DNA of 64,000 nucleotides from Paramecium tetraurelia (taxonomy: Eukaryota): positions 372,001 to 436,000 of the forward strand of contig CT868649.1 in the NCBI GenBank assembly GCA_000165425.1, written 5' to 3'. Made by a program: the position numbers and the translations under genes. Below, in pieces: positions 27,921 through 40,909 of the stretch; position 1 is the stretch's first letter; every line of letters begins with the position of its first letter. The notes beneath the pieces are model-generated. The model was not told the origin of the DNA. It saw only the letters and a list, made by a program, of their open reading frames with translations, and did no database searches.

Positions 27921-28268
27921 TGCAAAATAAATAATTTATATAAAAAATAACACAACTTTGTTTTCTAAATTGATATGCCAATATTTATTACCATTGATTA
28001 CTATCTATCCTATTCTAATATTATTATTATATAGAACTCATTAACTTAGAATCAGAGTTAATATTTTAATTACAATAATGTATATATTAATCTACTTGGT
28101 TATTATTAAATGAAAAGACTTTTTATCGAATGTTAAATATTAGTGAAAATATTTTTGTTAAACGTTGGAAATTGAAGAATATTGGAATCTATATTAATCT
28201 AAAGGATTGACATATTTAAGCAAATTCCAATAGGATTAAAGTTTTCAATTGAAATTGCCTACACAAAA

Positions 28269-29069
28269 ATGGAAAATTTTGATTACATTAGAACTATTAC
28301 AATGAGTATATTTATTAATTTATTAACGATTTAACTCAAAAAGGACTTCAATATGAATTACTATATGGAAAGCTAATTGTAAAAAATGAGTTAACTACTT
28401 GACTAAAAGTAATCAGAGATCAATTCATTGAAAGCATAAGTAGATAAATATTCAAACTATGAATCGTATATAATGCCTCTTATTCCAGATAATTAGAAGA
28501 ATTGAACACGTGTATTATGTAGTTAAATTACTAATTTCAATAACAATAATAGTCTCATAAAGAGCAAGTTTATTTTATGTAAAGGGAATTGTAATTCGCG
28601 TAAGTTGAAATAAAAAATTTGCAAGTATTCATTCAATTGTTTTTATTAGAGAACAAGAGGTTAAAATGAATAATAATAAATTGCTTCGCTTCTTAAAGAG
28701 TTGTCTGAAATTAAATAAGAGAACAATCAATTAAAAGTAGAATTATCCAAATAATAATAAAAAGCAAGGACTAATTCGATTCAAGATAACAGTATTAATG
28801 AAATAAGAGTAAAGACATAGAATTAAATAATTATATAGAGACTATCTCCTTACATGAGAGTTCATAATTGTAGCTTTACAAATCCTTCTTAAAATCTTGT
28901 AAAAGAAAGAAGAGTTCCTTCGCTCCCTGATGTTAATTCAAATCGATTATCCACCAATAAGAATTCATTACAAAATTTATAATAGAATTAATCTTATTCC
29001 AAGAAACCTCCTCTTTAATAGTTCAATAATATTAGTCCTATTAAATAAATATTATTTATTCGTCATTGA
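28269..29069 (+). CDS. Small coiled-coil hypothetical protein
   Basis: Heptad-rich frames (QKMSQLLDQKQSEINSLKAQVDKY; SQRVVEIKQENNQLKVELSK-like) joined by putative tiny introns; start and exon structure uncertain. Confidence 0.5.
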
Positions 29070-29505
29070 TTGAAGAATATTATATAGAATATTAGTTATT
29101 AAATATTATTTATAATTATAAGTAATTTTGTTTTAAAATGAAAATATAGAGGTTTCTACATATTTAAAAATATTATGAAATAAATACCAAAGACTAATAA
29201 TATAAGCGGAGAACTAATATATATATATAGTAACTGAAATTTCTAAATTTATCGAATGTTCCAAATTCTAAACAATAGATTGCAAGTGGAAGTAAATGTT
29301 TAATAGTGATATTTATTTCTTAATATCAAATTTGATAGTGTAGTAGTTAATTATTCTATATTTATGGACAATTAAGGTAATTGATAGGTTAATTGAGAGA
29401 GCATGAATATAAGTATTGTATTTGTATTATATATGCATTAAATTACAATAACAAAGTAGAGATTGAATTATTAATACTTATTTATGAATATTTAATTATA
29501 TATAT

Positions 29506-31193
29506 ATGAGAAAAAATAAACCAACTTAAAAAATAATTGTAAATCGTGGGATTTCTCAGTTAAGAAATGGACAAGATTAGGAAGAGACTGAATAATTACC
29601 TATAATAAAGCCGAAGTCGGTAGTAAGGAGTTCAAAAAAAAACTTTGAGATAAAGAAAGTTAGAATAAAAGTAGCCATTTCGGATGACAAATTGGAAATA
29701 AACAATAAATAAAATAAATTAAATCCATTAAAGCCGGATGAGTCTCCTCCATTGAGTGATAGGAATCAATCTCCTTAATCGAATGCTAAGAAAGCAAAAG
29801 AGGATAATAATAGATCGGTATTAAGTAATTATAAAGTAATTTATGTTTTAGAGAAATCCATTCACAAATAATACGAGATTGATGATACTTTAGAAGACAA
29901 TTTAGAGAGTTATGTAAAAATATATCACTCGATTATGAGTTTGATGGATGCAATGAGAAAAGTAATTGATTATTCATTATATTTTATTAGAATGTAAGTG
30001 ATTAAGTGGATCAGATAAATAGATTTTTAGAATTCATAGATGGAGTCCATTTTTGTCAGATCGAAAAACTTTTGGTTGAGAATACAAGACAATTTAGACA
30101 GATTTTAATATTGATTAAGATGGGGGTATTATTGTTATAATAATTTTTAGATTGGNNNNNNNNNNNNNNNNNNNNNNNNNNNNNNNNNNNNNNNNNNNNN
30201 NNNNNNNNNNNNNNNNNNNNNNNNNNNNNNNNNNNNNNNNNNNNNNNNNNNNNNNNNNNNNNNNNNNNNNNNNNNNNNNNNNNNNNNNNNNNNNNNNNNN
30301 NNNNNCATAGTCAATTTTAAGAATATGTTTGATATATAATTTATAGAACTATCTATTATTGGGAGAGATGATATTACAAAAGACACAGTAATAGGAACTT
30401 TAAAATATCATCAATCAGAGTAGAAAGTATTTTGGGAGTAAGAAAGTTGATTCAAATACTTAAATTAGATAGAATGTAGAATTGTTGTCAAGCCTATACA
30501 AATCCTTAACAAAGCAGTCAAAGGATCTTTACCAATTCTTAAGCACCTACTTAAAATAAATACCACATCTCCGAATGTTGGAATCCAACTTAGTATTACA
30601 GAATTTCATTTCTCTGTATTTTACAATTCAGCAAAGCTATCATGGTTTATTAGGGATTCCCTTGATATGTGTAGCAAATAAGCCATATTTACCAAAAGAG
30701 GAAAGTCATGAATTCACTCTTATTTTGGATATGGATGAAACCCTTATTCACTTTTTTGATCAAACCAAAAGTTTCTTGATTAGGCCTTACACTGAGCAAT
30801 TTTTATAGGAAATGAGTAATTACTTTGAAATTGCAGTGTTCACAGCAGGATTGCCTGATTATGCTAATTGGATTCTAGATTAAGTGGACAAAAATAGACA
30901 TATTTAATATCGTCTCTATAGATAACATGCTATGTAATATCAAAATCATTTTGTTAAAGACTTATCTAGATTAGGTCGTAGTCTTAAGAAAGTTATAATA
31001 GTGGATAATATTGCTGATAATTTCTCAACATTAGCCTGAAAATGGCATCTTTATTAAAACATGGTATAATGATCAAGAAGATAAGGAATTATTGGAATTG
31101 AGTGTTTTTTTAAAGAAACTAGTAGAAAATGGATGCGAAGATGTGAGAGAAGTTCTTAAACAATACAAAAGTTAATAACTACCTAAAATTTGA
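29506..31193 (+). CDS. NIF/FCP1-like (SCP/CTD small phosphatase, HAD) protein, interrupted by an assembly gap and one apparent frameshift
   Basis: FTLILDMDETLIHF, IRPYTEQFL, VFTAGLPDYANWILD, RLYRQH, VKDLSRLGRSLKKVIIVDN, then QPENGIFIKTW in the +1 frame. Confidence 0.85.
30156..30305. other. Assembly gap (150 N)
   Basis: Run of n characters inside the phosphatase gene. Confidence 0.99.
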
Positions 31194-31260
31194 TACTTGT
31201 CTTATATAATTAATAAAAATATCTTTATATTATTAATAATAATTATTTATTTATTAAAGA

Positions 31261-34200
31261 ATGGCTTCCTTTAGACCATAATCTTCATAAGCTATTTCAG
31301 TCAGATCACCCAGCAGAAGTATTGTATTTTAATTTTATATTAGTTATTCCAGTGGTATCCAACATGGGTCATTCTTATGTGATTCCAGCAGCCCAGAATT
31401 TGCCAACAACTGTGATAGTCAAAGAGAAAAATCCAGTTTTCACATAGGGCAGAAAAAGAAAATGATGATGAATACAAAGATGAATTAGAGTTATGGAAAA
31501 AAAAATATTTTACATTAGAAGCTTAATTAGCAAAATATGATATAGAAAATGAAATAGTAATAATAATCTGAATATTTAAGAAAGATGAATTACAATCAAG
31601 GATTCTGGGTTCGTAGGAAGATGTGAAAAAGTTCTAAATTGATATGTCCAAAATTCAGGCGGATATGGACAAACAAAGGGCAGAAATGAATGATTTAGTA
31701 ATTGAAAATCAAAAGTTACTGAATTAATAAGTAGAAGTAGAAAGGTTGAAAAAATTAGTTGGTGAAAGAGAGGATACAATTAGCTAAGTATCAATTATTT
31801 CTAATTAATAGTTGTCACAAAAATGTAGAGAATACTAAGAATAACTATAAGAATTGGAAGCATTTCAATAAGCATTATAAGATATGCATAATCAAAATGA
31901 AGGTAAAGAAAGGATGATTGAACAATGGAAACTAAAATATACTGAGAACGACTAAAAGAAACAAAAGGAAATTGATGAATTAAAATAAAAATTAGCAGAA
32001 TACAACCCATCAGAAACACAATTTCTAAAAGCTCAATTAGATAGAGAAAAACAAGAATGGTAGAATAGTTAAAAGAAGATTTAACAGGACTTAACTGATG
32101 CTCTTAAACAACTAGATTAATGGAAAATCAAATACAATGTAAGTATTAATGTCTAATATAGAATCTTGATATGCAACATTAACAACTCTCATCTGCATAA
32201 AAGGAATCTGTTGCAAGAATAGATACCTTAAATCAAGAATAAAACAAACTCACTGTTTAAGTTCATAATTTGAATGATGATAAATAAAAGTTATAAATAG
32301 AGTTGGAAGCCACAAAGGGATAATTAAAATTACATTAGGGTTTGATTGGAGAATTAGATAGGTTGAAGAAGTTGCTAACTGATAAAAGTGCTGAACTTTA
32401 ATAGCTATAATAATAATCATAATAAAAAGATATTGATCTTAATAATGCAGATTTAACTATTTAAGAACAAAATCAAAAGATTAAATCATTATCCTTATTG
32501 TAGTAAGAAAATTAAAGATTGCAATAGGAATTAGATTAGCAACATAGATAAAATGAATAGTTGCATTAATAGAATGCTGAATTATTGAAAAATCTAGACA
32601 AATTTAAGCTATTAGAAGAAGAGAAAATGCAATTAGAAAATAAAGTAAGTATGTTGGCAGCAGAAATAGAAAGATTAAAAGTTTAATTGAAATAGAAGAA
32701 TGATAAAATTTTATAAGAACAAGAAGAATTGAAAAGACTCTAAGAATAATTGAATGAAATAGATGAATTATAAAAGTAGAATGATGATTTAGTTCGTTAA
32801 TTAGAATAAGCCAATAATACAATCGATGAATTAGAGAAGAAATTATAGGCAATTACAGAACTTGAATAAAAACTCTAGGATGCTAATAATAAAATATATG
32901 ATTTAGAGAATAAGGTCGCTATGTTAAGTGCTGAATCTCAAAGATTGAGATATCTAAATGACTAAAAGACTGAACAATTGAAAGCAGCGGAGCAATAATT
33001 ATCAGATCTGAATTTACTAAAAGAATAATTACACTAATTATAGAGTAAATATGATGCTCAATAATAAATGAATTAGAACTATTAAGCTGAATTAGAAAAA
33101 CTAAGAGGACAATCAACTTAATAGGATACCAATATTGCAGAATTAAGAAGACAATTAGATGAGCAAAAAGCTTAAAACATAGTACATAAGCAAGCAAATT
33201 CAGAACAAGTTATTTCAGATTTATAATAATAATTAAGTTCATTGTAATAAAGTTATAAGAAGGTATCTGAATCCAATTTAGCCAATGAAGAAGACCCAAC
33301 TTTGGATTTATAAAATAGATTAACTTTATTGAAACAAGAAAATCAGAGGTTGAATTAAACAATTGTATAAAAGAATTAAGAGGTCTTAAATCATCAATAA
33401 TAAAATCAATAATTACAAAAAGATTTGTTATCCTCTGATACTTTGAAGGTGTAAATTCAACAATTACACGAATCAAATTCAGTATTGCAAGAACAACTAT
33501 AGAATGAAAAATAAGGTCGAAAAGGTTTGGAGGAGAAGATTTAATAATCAGAATAAGAAAAATACGATCTTTAAAGTAAATGTGCTATGCTCTCAACACA
33601 CATTGAAGGCATGAAGTATAAACTTGAAAAAATGGAAAATGTTGATGAATTGAAAAAGATCATATAAGATCAATAAGCATAATTGGCTGAGATGGATGCC
33701 TTAAAATTAGAAATTGAAAGTCTTAATGACAGAATAGCTGAATTAGAAAAAGAATTAAAATTATGGAAATAAAAACATGAATAATTGGATTAACAATATC
33801 AATAGTTACTTCATGTAAAGGAATAAATGGAAAATAAGTTAGCTATGCTTTCTTCAGAAATTGAAAGATTAAAAGTACTCAACTAAAAGAAGTAAGGAGA
33901 AATAGACCAATAAAACTAAGAATTAATGAAAATGGATTAAGAATTAAATGATTTACATAATCAACTAGAAGATATTAATGAATTGAAAACTTAATTGAGT
34001 TCACTTGAAAACCAATTATAATAATAAATTGATGACAATTAAAATAAATCTGCTGAAATCACTCAACTCAAATAACAAGTTGCTGAAATTGAAGGTTTAC
34101 TTGTCAATTAAGAGGACCTTTAGAACTAAATTAAGAAATTAGAAAAGGAATCACAATCAAAGGATGAAATCATAGAATAGTTTCAAATAAAAAATCACTT

Positions 34201-34637
34201 AATTAGAGAGTAAGATTGCGGAACTTGAGGACATTAAAGTATTTATATAATATAATTTTATCAGTATAAATACGAAGATAAAATGGCCTTATTAAGTAGT
34301 GAGGTTAAAAGACATGAGTTTAAGGCTAAAAAATTGGAAGATAAATCGAATGACCTTTAAGCCTAAGTTGAAAATTTAACTCACGATTTAAATGAAGCAG
34401 ATGCAAAAATTGTTGAATTAGATAAGGTAATTATATCATATTTATCTAAAGGATTTAGGATAATGGAAATTTGAATATTCAAAATTAAACAGTCTTCAAT
34501 ACAAGATAGATGAATACAGTTTCTTATTAGTCGTTTCATTTGCAGAAATTGAAGCTTTAAGATCATAAAACTTTACATTAAATGAATAATTAGATAATCA
34601 TTAAAAAACAAAGGTGGCTTTAGCCTTAGCATAATGA
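31261..34637 (+). CDS. Large coiled-coil protein with recurring ENKxAMLSxEIERL motif (two apparent +1 frame breaks)
   Basis: Continuous E/K/Q heptads; tiny introns at 31319-31343, 31557-31580 and others; frame breaks near 31460 and 34182; TGA at 34635-34637. Confidence 0.82.
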
Positions 34638-34768
34638 GAATTATAATAATAGATAATTTATATATCATTATCAGATATTCATTTAAATATTTCTGATAGA
34701 TAATCATGGAGATAAGATAATATGTTTTTTATTAATTGTAAATTTGATAAAAACATTTATAAAATAAT

Positions 34769-37700
34769 TCATTCTGGTTACTGAAATTTATCATAGAACA
34801 TCTAACAAAAAAATTCAAACATTTGTTGTTTAGATGGTTAATTTGATGAATAATTTTGACCATTAGGAAATGGAAATGGACTCTGATTAGCATATTAATG
34901 ATCATTCGCTTAATTGTGATAAGGGTAAGGCTAAATGTTCATATTAGGCTGTTATCCTGGGATATAATTAAAGCTTTAATTATTTTCATGGTATTCATTA
35001 TTAGGATTGTATTTTCTTTATTTTTAAACGTGAGGTTCTTATTGATTTGGATACTATTGCTTTTGTCTATAGAAATCTTATTAGTGGGGTTAATTGTTTC
35101 TAAATTTTTTATCTCTTGGCTTCTATTAATTATAGAATTACTATTATTAAAAGGGTTACTATTATTATTATGTTTAAAACTATGCCTACTGATAGTTTTA
35201 TGGGTACTATTATGGTTGCATTTGATAATTCCCTTAATTAGCAATTGGAGGTTGTGCTTAAGCAAGATCATATTACACTGGGTTTACAATTGACTTTTAT
35301 GCACTTTTCTAAATTGCCTAATCTTTTTTTGTTAAGAATTCTTAGATACCATATTATTCTAATGGAAATGCATAACTATTTGGTCTTTAATATTAATTTT
35401 ACTAAATAGGAACTTATTCTGTTGGGTTAATTTAATTTTTTTGCTATCTATCATATTGATTCAGGTTTTACTAATTTGCTTGCTAACTTTTTTAATACTC
35501 CCAATTATTTTATTAGCCTTTTTAATCAGGAATGTAAGGTACAGATTTTTCCTGACTTTAATTAAGTTATTATGGTCGATTGGCGTTTTACTAGCTTTCC
35601 TATGCTTTTTATATCATTTACTAATTGTATTGATAATATTTTTAATTAGTATTCACATTTTATGGATCAAAAATTTATCTTTCTTATGACTTTTATCCTT
35701 AATTTTGATCATGAATTTGAATGAAATTCTTACAGTTTTATTGTTATTGTGGTAATTGTTGTGGTTATTGAAAAGGCTATTATTAATTCCTTTGTTAATA
35801 TTGTTTTATTTCCCCAGGTTCAATCTCATTCAATTTGGATTGTTATTAAAGAAAATTTTATTCTTTCTAAAATTCTATTTCTTCTGTTCTCAATTTTTCT
35901 AGCCTTTATTCAGCTTTCTTGATATTTTCTTAATGTAATTTATCTTTCTCCTTCTTCTTCAATTCCTCTTTCTATTTCTCTTTAGCATCTTTCTCTGCTT
36001 ACATCATTTTTAAAATATCTTAATTATTTTTTTTTTCACTGCTTTTTCTTATCTTACTCTCTTTGTTCTTTTCTTTTTCTTTTACTTTTTCCTTATTTTA
36101 TGATGAGCTTTTGGCTGTGCTTTTATCCTTTTCGTCGTTTTTAGAATCTTTTCTTTTACTCTTAGCTTTTTAATTTTCATTTTTATCTTTTGAACTTTGT
36201 CTCTTGTTACTCTTATGTTTTGACTTATCTTTGATTTCTATATCTGATTCTGATGTTTTTTTCTCCCTAGATTTTTATTCCTCTTCTCTATTTTCTCTTA
36301 CATCTTATTTCTCTTAGACTTTTTCTGGTACTTTTATAATATCCTTATTTTTTTAGGGATTTATTTACTCCTTAATCTCATATTAGTTTTTATTTATTTA
36401 AACTTCTTCAAATTAAATGCTACTTTACTCACTTATCAAAATTGATGATGAACTTACCATTGAATCTGGACTTGAAATATCATTATCATTTTAAAACAGT
36501 CTATCAATATCATCATTATTTTAACTGAAGTCTTATTAGATAGGAGGATAAAATATATTACTCTTTGTAATAGGTTAATTTAAAATTTCTATGCAATCTT
36601 CAGTAATTTATATAGTTTGTTATTGAGGTACTGGTAATTGTGATTTCTTGCATTATATGATTTCATCATTTGCAGAATCAATAAATATCACATTCTTTTG
36701 CTTTTCTGTATTATTCTAGAATGAGTTCTCTTATTGTGAATATTATTTATTAGGAATTTCAAATTAATGCTATCTAAAATTAGGAATTTCTTAATTTAAT
36801 CTATTTGCAACTGTTTTAATTACTTTAGATTACTAATTCTTTTGGTTGTCTACTGGAAAGCTCTTACACAATATCTCATCATCAATATCAATAATTTAAT
36901 ATGGAGTTACTTCTTAGATCTCATTTTGGAGTAATAATTCTTACTCAACCAAAATCGATTAATTCTAATTATTAAAGGCATCATCATCATCAAATCTGGG
37001 TGTAAAATTATTGATTTCCTTATTTAAATTATCTTATGCATATTTCTAATTTTGAAATTATTACAATTCAGATGTTGTTTTAATTTGATTTTTCTAATTT
37101 TATTTTATGCTCTCTTCTTGTTCATTATTAATCTAGTATTTTATCACTTATTCATTCTATTGTGATAATTTATTAATCCCATTATTATTGATAAACTCAT
37201 TAGATTCTGAATTAGCTTTTTCATCTATTTTTTAATTGTCAAAACTTTACTTTTTCTTTTCTTATGTTTCTGAAGTTTAAGGAATATGAATTATTTCTTT
37301 TGTCATCTCTTCTGGATCTGAATAGTCTAATAATGTGTTCTTTGTTTCTTAAATAGGAGTTCTATGTCTTCTATTAGGATTTCTTTCCATCTCTGTAACA
37401 TTTTTCCCTGTTTTGATTGCCCATCTTTTCATTAATATAGGTAATTTTTCAAACATTATCATCTCAAGTTCTTTATCCATCATTGCCTAATGGCATTTAT
37501 CTTAAAATTTAGACCACCAATAAGTTTATTCACATTTCTCTTTTAGTAAATCAAATAATTTAATTAATTCTGTATCTTCTGAGAAATCGAAATCTTATTA
37601 TTCCTTCTCAGTTAAAGTATCAATATATGAGAATATTTTTTCTGGTTCTTAGTTAAACTTTTTTGCTATTTTTTATTCTATATTGACTCTTTTCTCTACT

Positions 37701-38835
37701 TTTTCTGTTATTTTTTCTAATGGTTTTGGATTTGGTTTAAATTTCGAAGGAGATTACAATGGAGAATAGGCTGACTTTTTCTAAGCTTTTTCTGATAATA
37801 TTTTCGCCATTTCAAGCACTAAATAAAATAAAATGAAAAAATACTTTTTTAGTCTGGTTTGTCATCTTTACAAAGTGATTCTAATGAAATTTTTTGCTGT
37901 TCTGAAAAATATGGTCCTTTTTGATTATCTTGATTATTTTATTCCTTCTAAATTTTTGTCCCCGATTATTGCTGCTAAACTATTTTTTATTTATTATTTT
38001 ATTATTCATTTTATTGTTGTTACTATTGTTGAGGCTTATCTTCTATTTCTATAGTTGATTTTGATATCCTTTCTTTATTTAACTATTATTATTATCCAAG
38101 ATCCTATGTTGTCTTTTAAGCTGGCTCTTTATTTGTCATTTGATTTAAACTTTTTGTATCTTAAGCACTTTTAATCTCATTCTTTTATTTTAATGTAGAT
38201 GATTATGAATCTTTTTCAAGGTTTATTTCTTCAGCACTCTTTTTTCTTTAATAGTTTTAGTCCAAAATTTAACTTTTAGAACCTTAATTTTAATTTATTT
38301 AGTTTTCTTATTATTATTTCTGTTAAGATTTGTCTTTCATTTTATTGGCTGATGTTAAATCTTAATTTTATGGCACTTCTATTTACTGATTAAATTCAGG
38401 AGTTCCTTGCTCATTTTGCTATTTCTGTATAAATTATTCGTACGAATTGGTGAGTTTTTGAAAAAAACCTTCAAGAAACTTATGCTCTCCTAAAATATAT
38501 TGATTCATTATCATTTAAACTTATTCTACCTTCATCTATTCAATATACCATTAAGCAGCAGGATTATTCATAAAGTCATTATAAAGTTTGGTGTATTTAA
38601 AATCTTTGGATGCTAAAATCTGTAAAAGTCGAAAAATATCTTTTTTATTATGGATGACAAGCAATAGAGCAAGAGTTCTTAATAATTTTGGCAATTTCTC
38701 CTTTAAATCAATTCTATTTTACTACTAATCCTATTTGATGTAATCCAAAATTATAGCAACATCATATTACTGTGGTTTTATGAGACTATAGGTTCTACAA
38801 TCATATATGCTAGTGCTATCAATCCAAAAAATCAT
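34769..38835 (-). CDS. Very large low-complexity protein (helical N-terminus, K/S/E-rich middle, N/Q/Y-rich C-terminus)
   Basis: About 4 kb frame in ciliate code from ATG 38835 (MIFWIDSTSIYDCRTYSL...); intron near 37819-37844; ends QMFEFFCQMFYDKFQQPE-TGA. Not every codon was checked. Confidence 0.7.
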
Positions 38836-39106
38836 TATTATTTTTATAAAAATTTCTATTTCATAATTCTTAAAACATTAAAAAATCATTGAATTTATTA
38901 TGTTGGATTTATTTTAATTTGAAGAATCTTAAAAATTGTTAAATTAATTGATTACTTAATTAAAATTTACATAGCCTATATCTTTTTGCGGCCTTTATCA
39001 TAAAATGGTCCACGGAAAATTATATTTAAATTTATCATGAATTTTGTTCTAGAATCAATGAAGAAGAAGACAAATGAATAAAATTAAATCATGAAAAATA
39101 AATAAA

Positions 39107-39663
39107 TCATTATTAATTAACTTCGATAGCTGATTGCATTTGAGGCTCATTTGTAAATGAAATATCATTATTTTGTATAAAAGCAATCGTTTATCGATTT
39201 CTATTATAATTAAGAAGAATACATTTTTATGTTCATATACAACCGCACGGATTGCACTACATATCTAATAAATAATAATGCTATCGAGATCAGTTCTTCA
39301 TCCTGTTCTTATTTTAGATTTATCGATATTGTTTTCTAGATTACCATCAGAGAAATAATAGTTGTAAATAAAATTAGATCAGTCAGATTATTGTTATTTT
39401 GAAGGTAATTCTATTTATTAAATTAGTAATACTTCTTTTTGAATGAATATCTTAACGAGTAATTCAAAAAAAAATATACAAGTTAGTAGAGATTCTGTAA
39501 TTTGTAGTATTAAATCATTATTCCTATTAATAATTAACTAAAATCAGTTTAAATAAAAGTATACATATATGACTAGGCAGAATATTACAACTAGTTGCAT
39601 CAATGGAAATATTATGCAATGTTTGTTCAAATATATGGAATTGAAATAATAGCGAATTCCCAT
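39107..39663 (-). CDS. Stand-alone voltage-sensor-like (S1-S4) membrane protein, 161 aa
   Basis: Three introns (39538-39564, 39411-39432, 39201-39222) give a 486-nt CDS; S2 ITESLLTCIFFFELLVKIF, S3 NYLQNNNNLTDLILF, S4 IALLFIRYVVQSVRLY. Absent from the ORF track. Confidence 0.75.
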
Positions 39664-39985
39664 TAAATTTATAATATTTATGCAAAATATAAATATTAAA
39701 TCATTAAAATTCCCATAAAATTACAATAAAAAAAGCTGATTCAGCAGATTTTGTATTTATTCTACAAATAATGGCTAAGATTTCTAATCATGAATATTCA
39801 GCATGGATTATATAATTTAGGTATATTTTATTTTATTGAATCAATGAATTAGTAAGAATAATATAGATTGAAGTGGAATATATTCCTTAAATTAATTTGA
39901 AGTAATAAAATGTTATTAAATAAATGTAATGAAGAAATTTTTGATTTTGGACTTCATTATTTGATTATTCATTTGATAGTAGTAA

Positions 39986-40863
39986 TCAATTTAGTTATAT
40001 TTTTATAAATTAATTATAATCTATTTCTAGGTCTTCCTTTTCAATTTTCATTAATAATGGCATAAGATGGCTATCTATTAAATAAATTCATACTTTATTT
40101 CTTGTTAGTTTAATTAACTGATGTCAATTTCATCTTTAGAAATTAGTCCATCATTATTGCTATCTAAAAGTTGAAAAAGTTGATAGTAATATAAGTTTTA
40201 TTTTAGTAAGTGAGTTTTAATCATTAAATTCAATTGACTTGGCAAATTTTCATTCTTTATTTTTTGATATTTGTAATTTTAATTAATTGCTGGTTGAAAT
40301 GTACAATTATCATCCAGTTAATCTAATTTATCAACATGAATGTGTTTGCTTTTATTCCTCTCCAATTATTTAAGCAATCCCTTTTGATACAGTTGCTAAT
40401 ATCTATTGAAATCTTGAGAATTATTTGAGTAATTTAACTGTGGATTAAAAGTGCAATGAATGCTTAATGCCTAATCCTATTATTATCGTATATTTTCGAT
40501 GTTTTATTAAGTTTTTCTTTGAAATAGTTCATTTCTATCAAATAATTGTGGTTTATCAAAAAAGAATTCAACTAATTTATAGGATTATTTGAATTAAATA
40601 TTTGATTAACATTTTCTATCACAATGCCTTTCATAATATTCACTTAGGTATTAATATTGAGGTAAATGTGAAGCAGATTCGATGATTTTCAATAATTTTA
40701 ATGTTATTAATTTAGCATTTGCTAAATCCAAGCTAAATTACTAGCAAAATAATTCCCCAAGTTGCTAAGGAGTGTATACTGTATTAATGTAAAAGATTTC
40801 GCTAGTATCCTGTATTTAAAGGGTAAGCAATTAATTTAAGTGCTCTGTGTTGTTGTAATTCAT
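39986..40863 (-). CDS. Protein with CTFxP repeats and a C-terminal EF-hand-like motif
   Basis: HCTFNPQLN and NCTFQPAIN; LFQLLDSNNDGLISKDEI; one 20-nt intron near 40074-40093. Confidence 0.7.
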
Positions 40864-40909
40864 TTATCAACTGCTAAATTTAAGTATTAAATAAAATTTT
40901 ATTGAAAAA

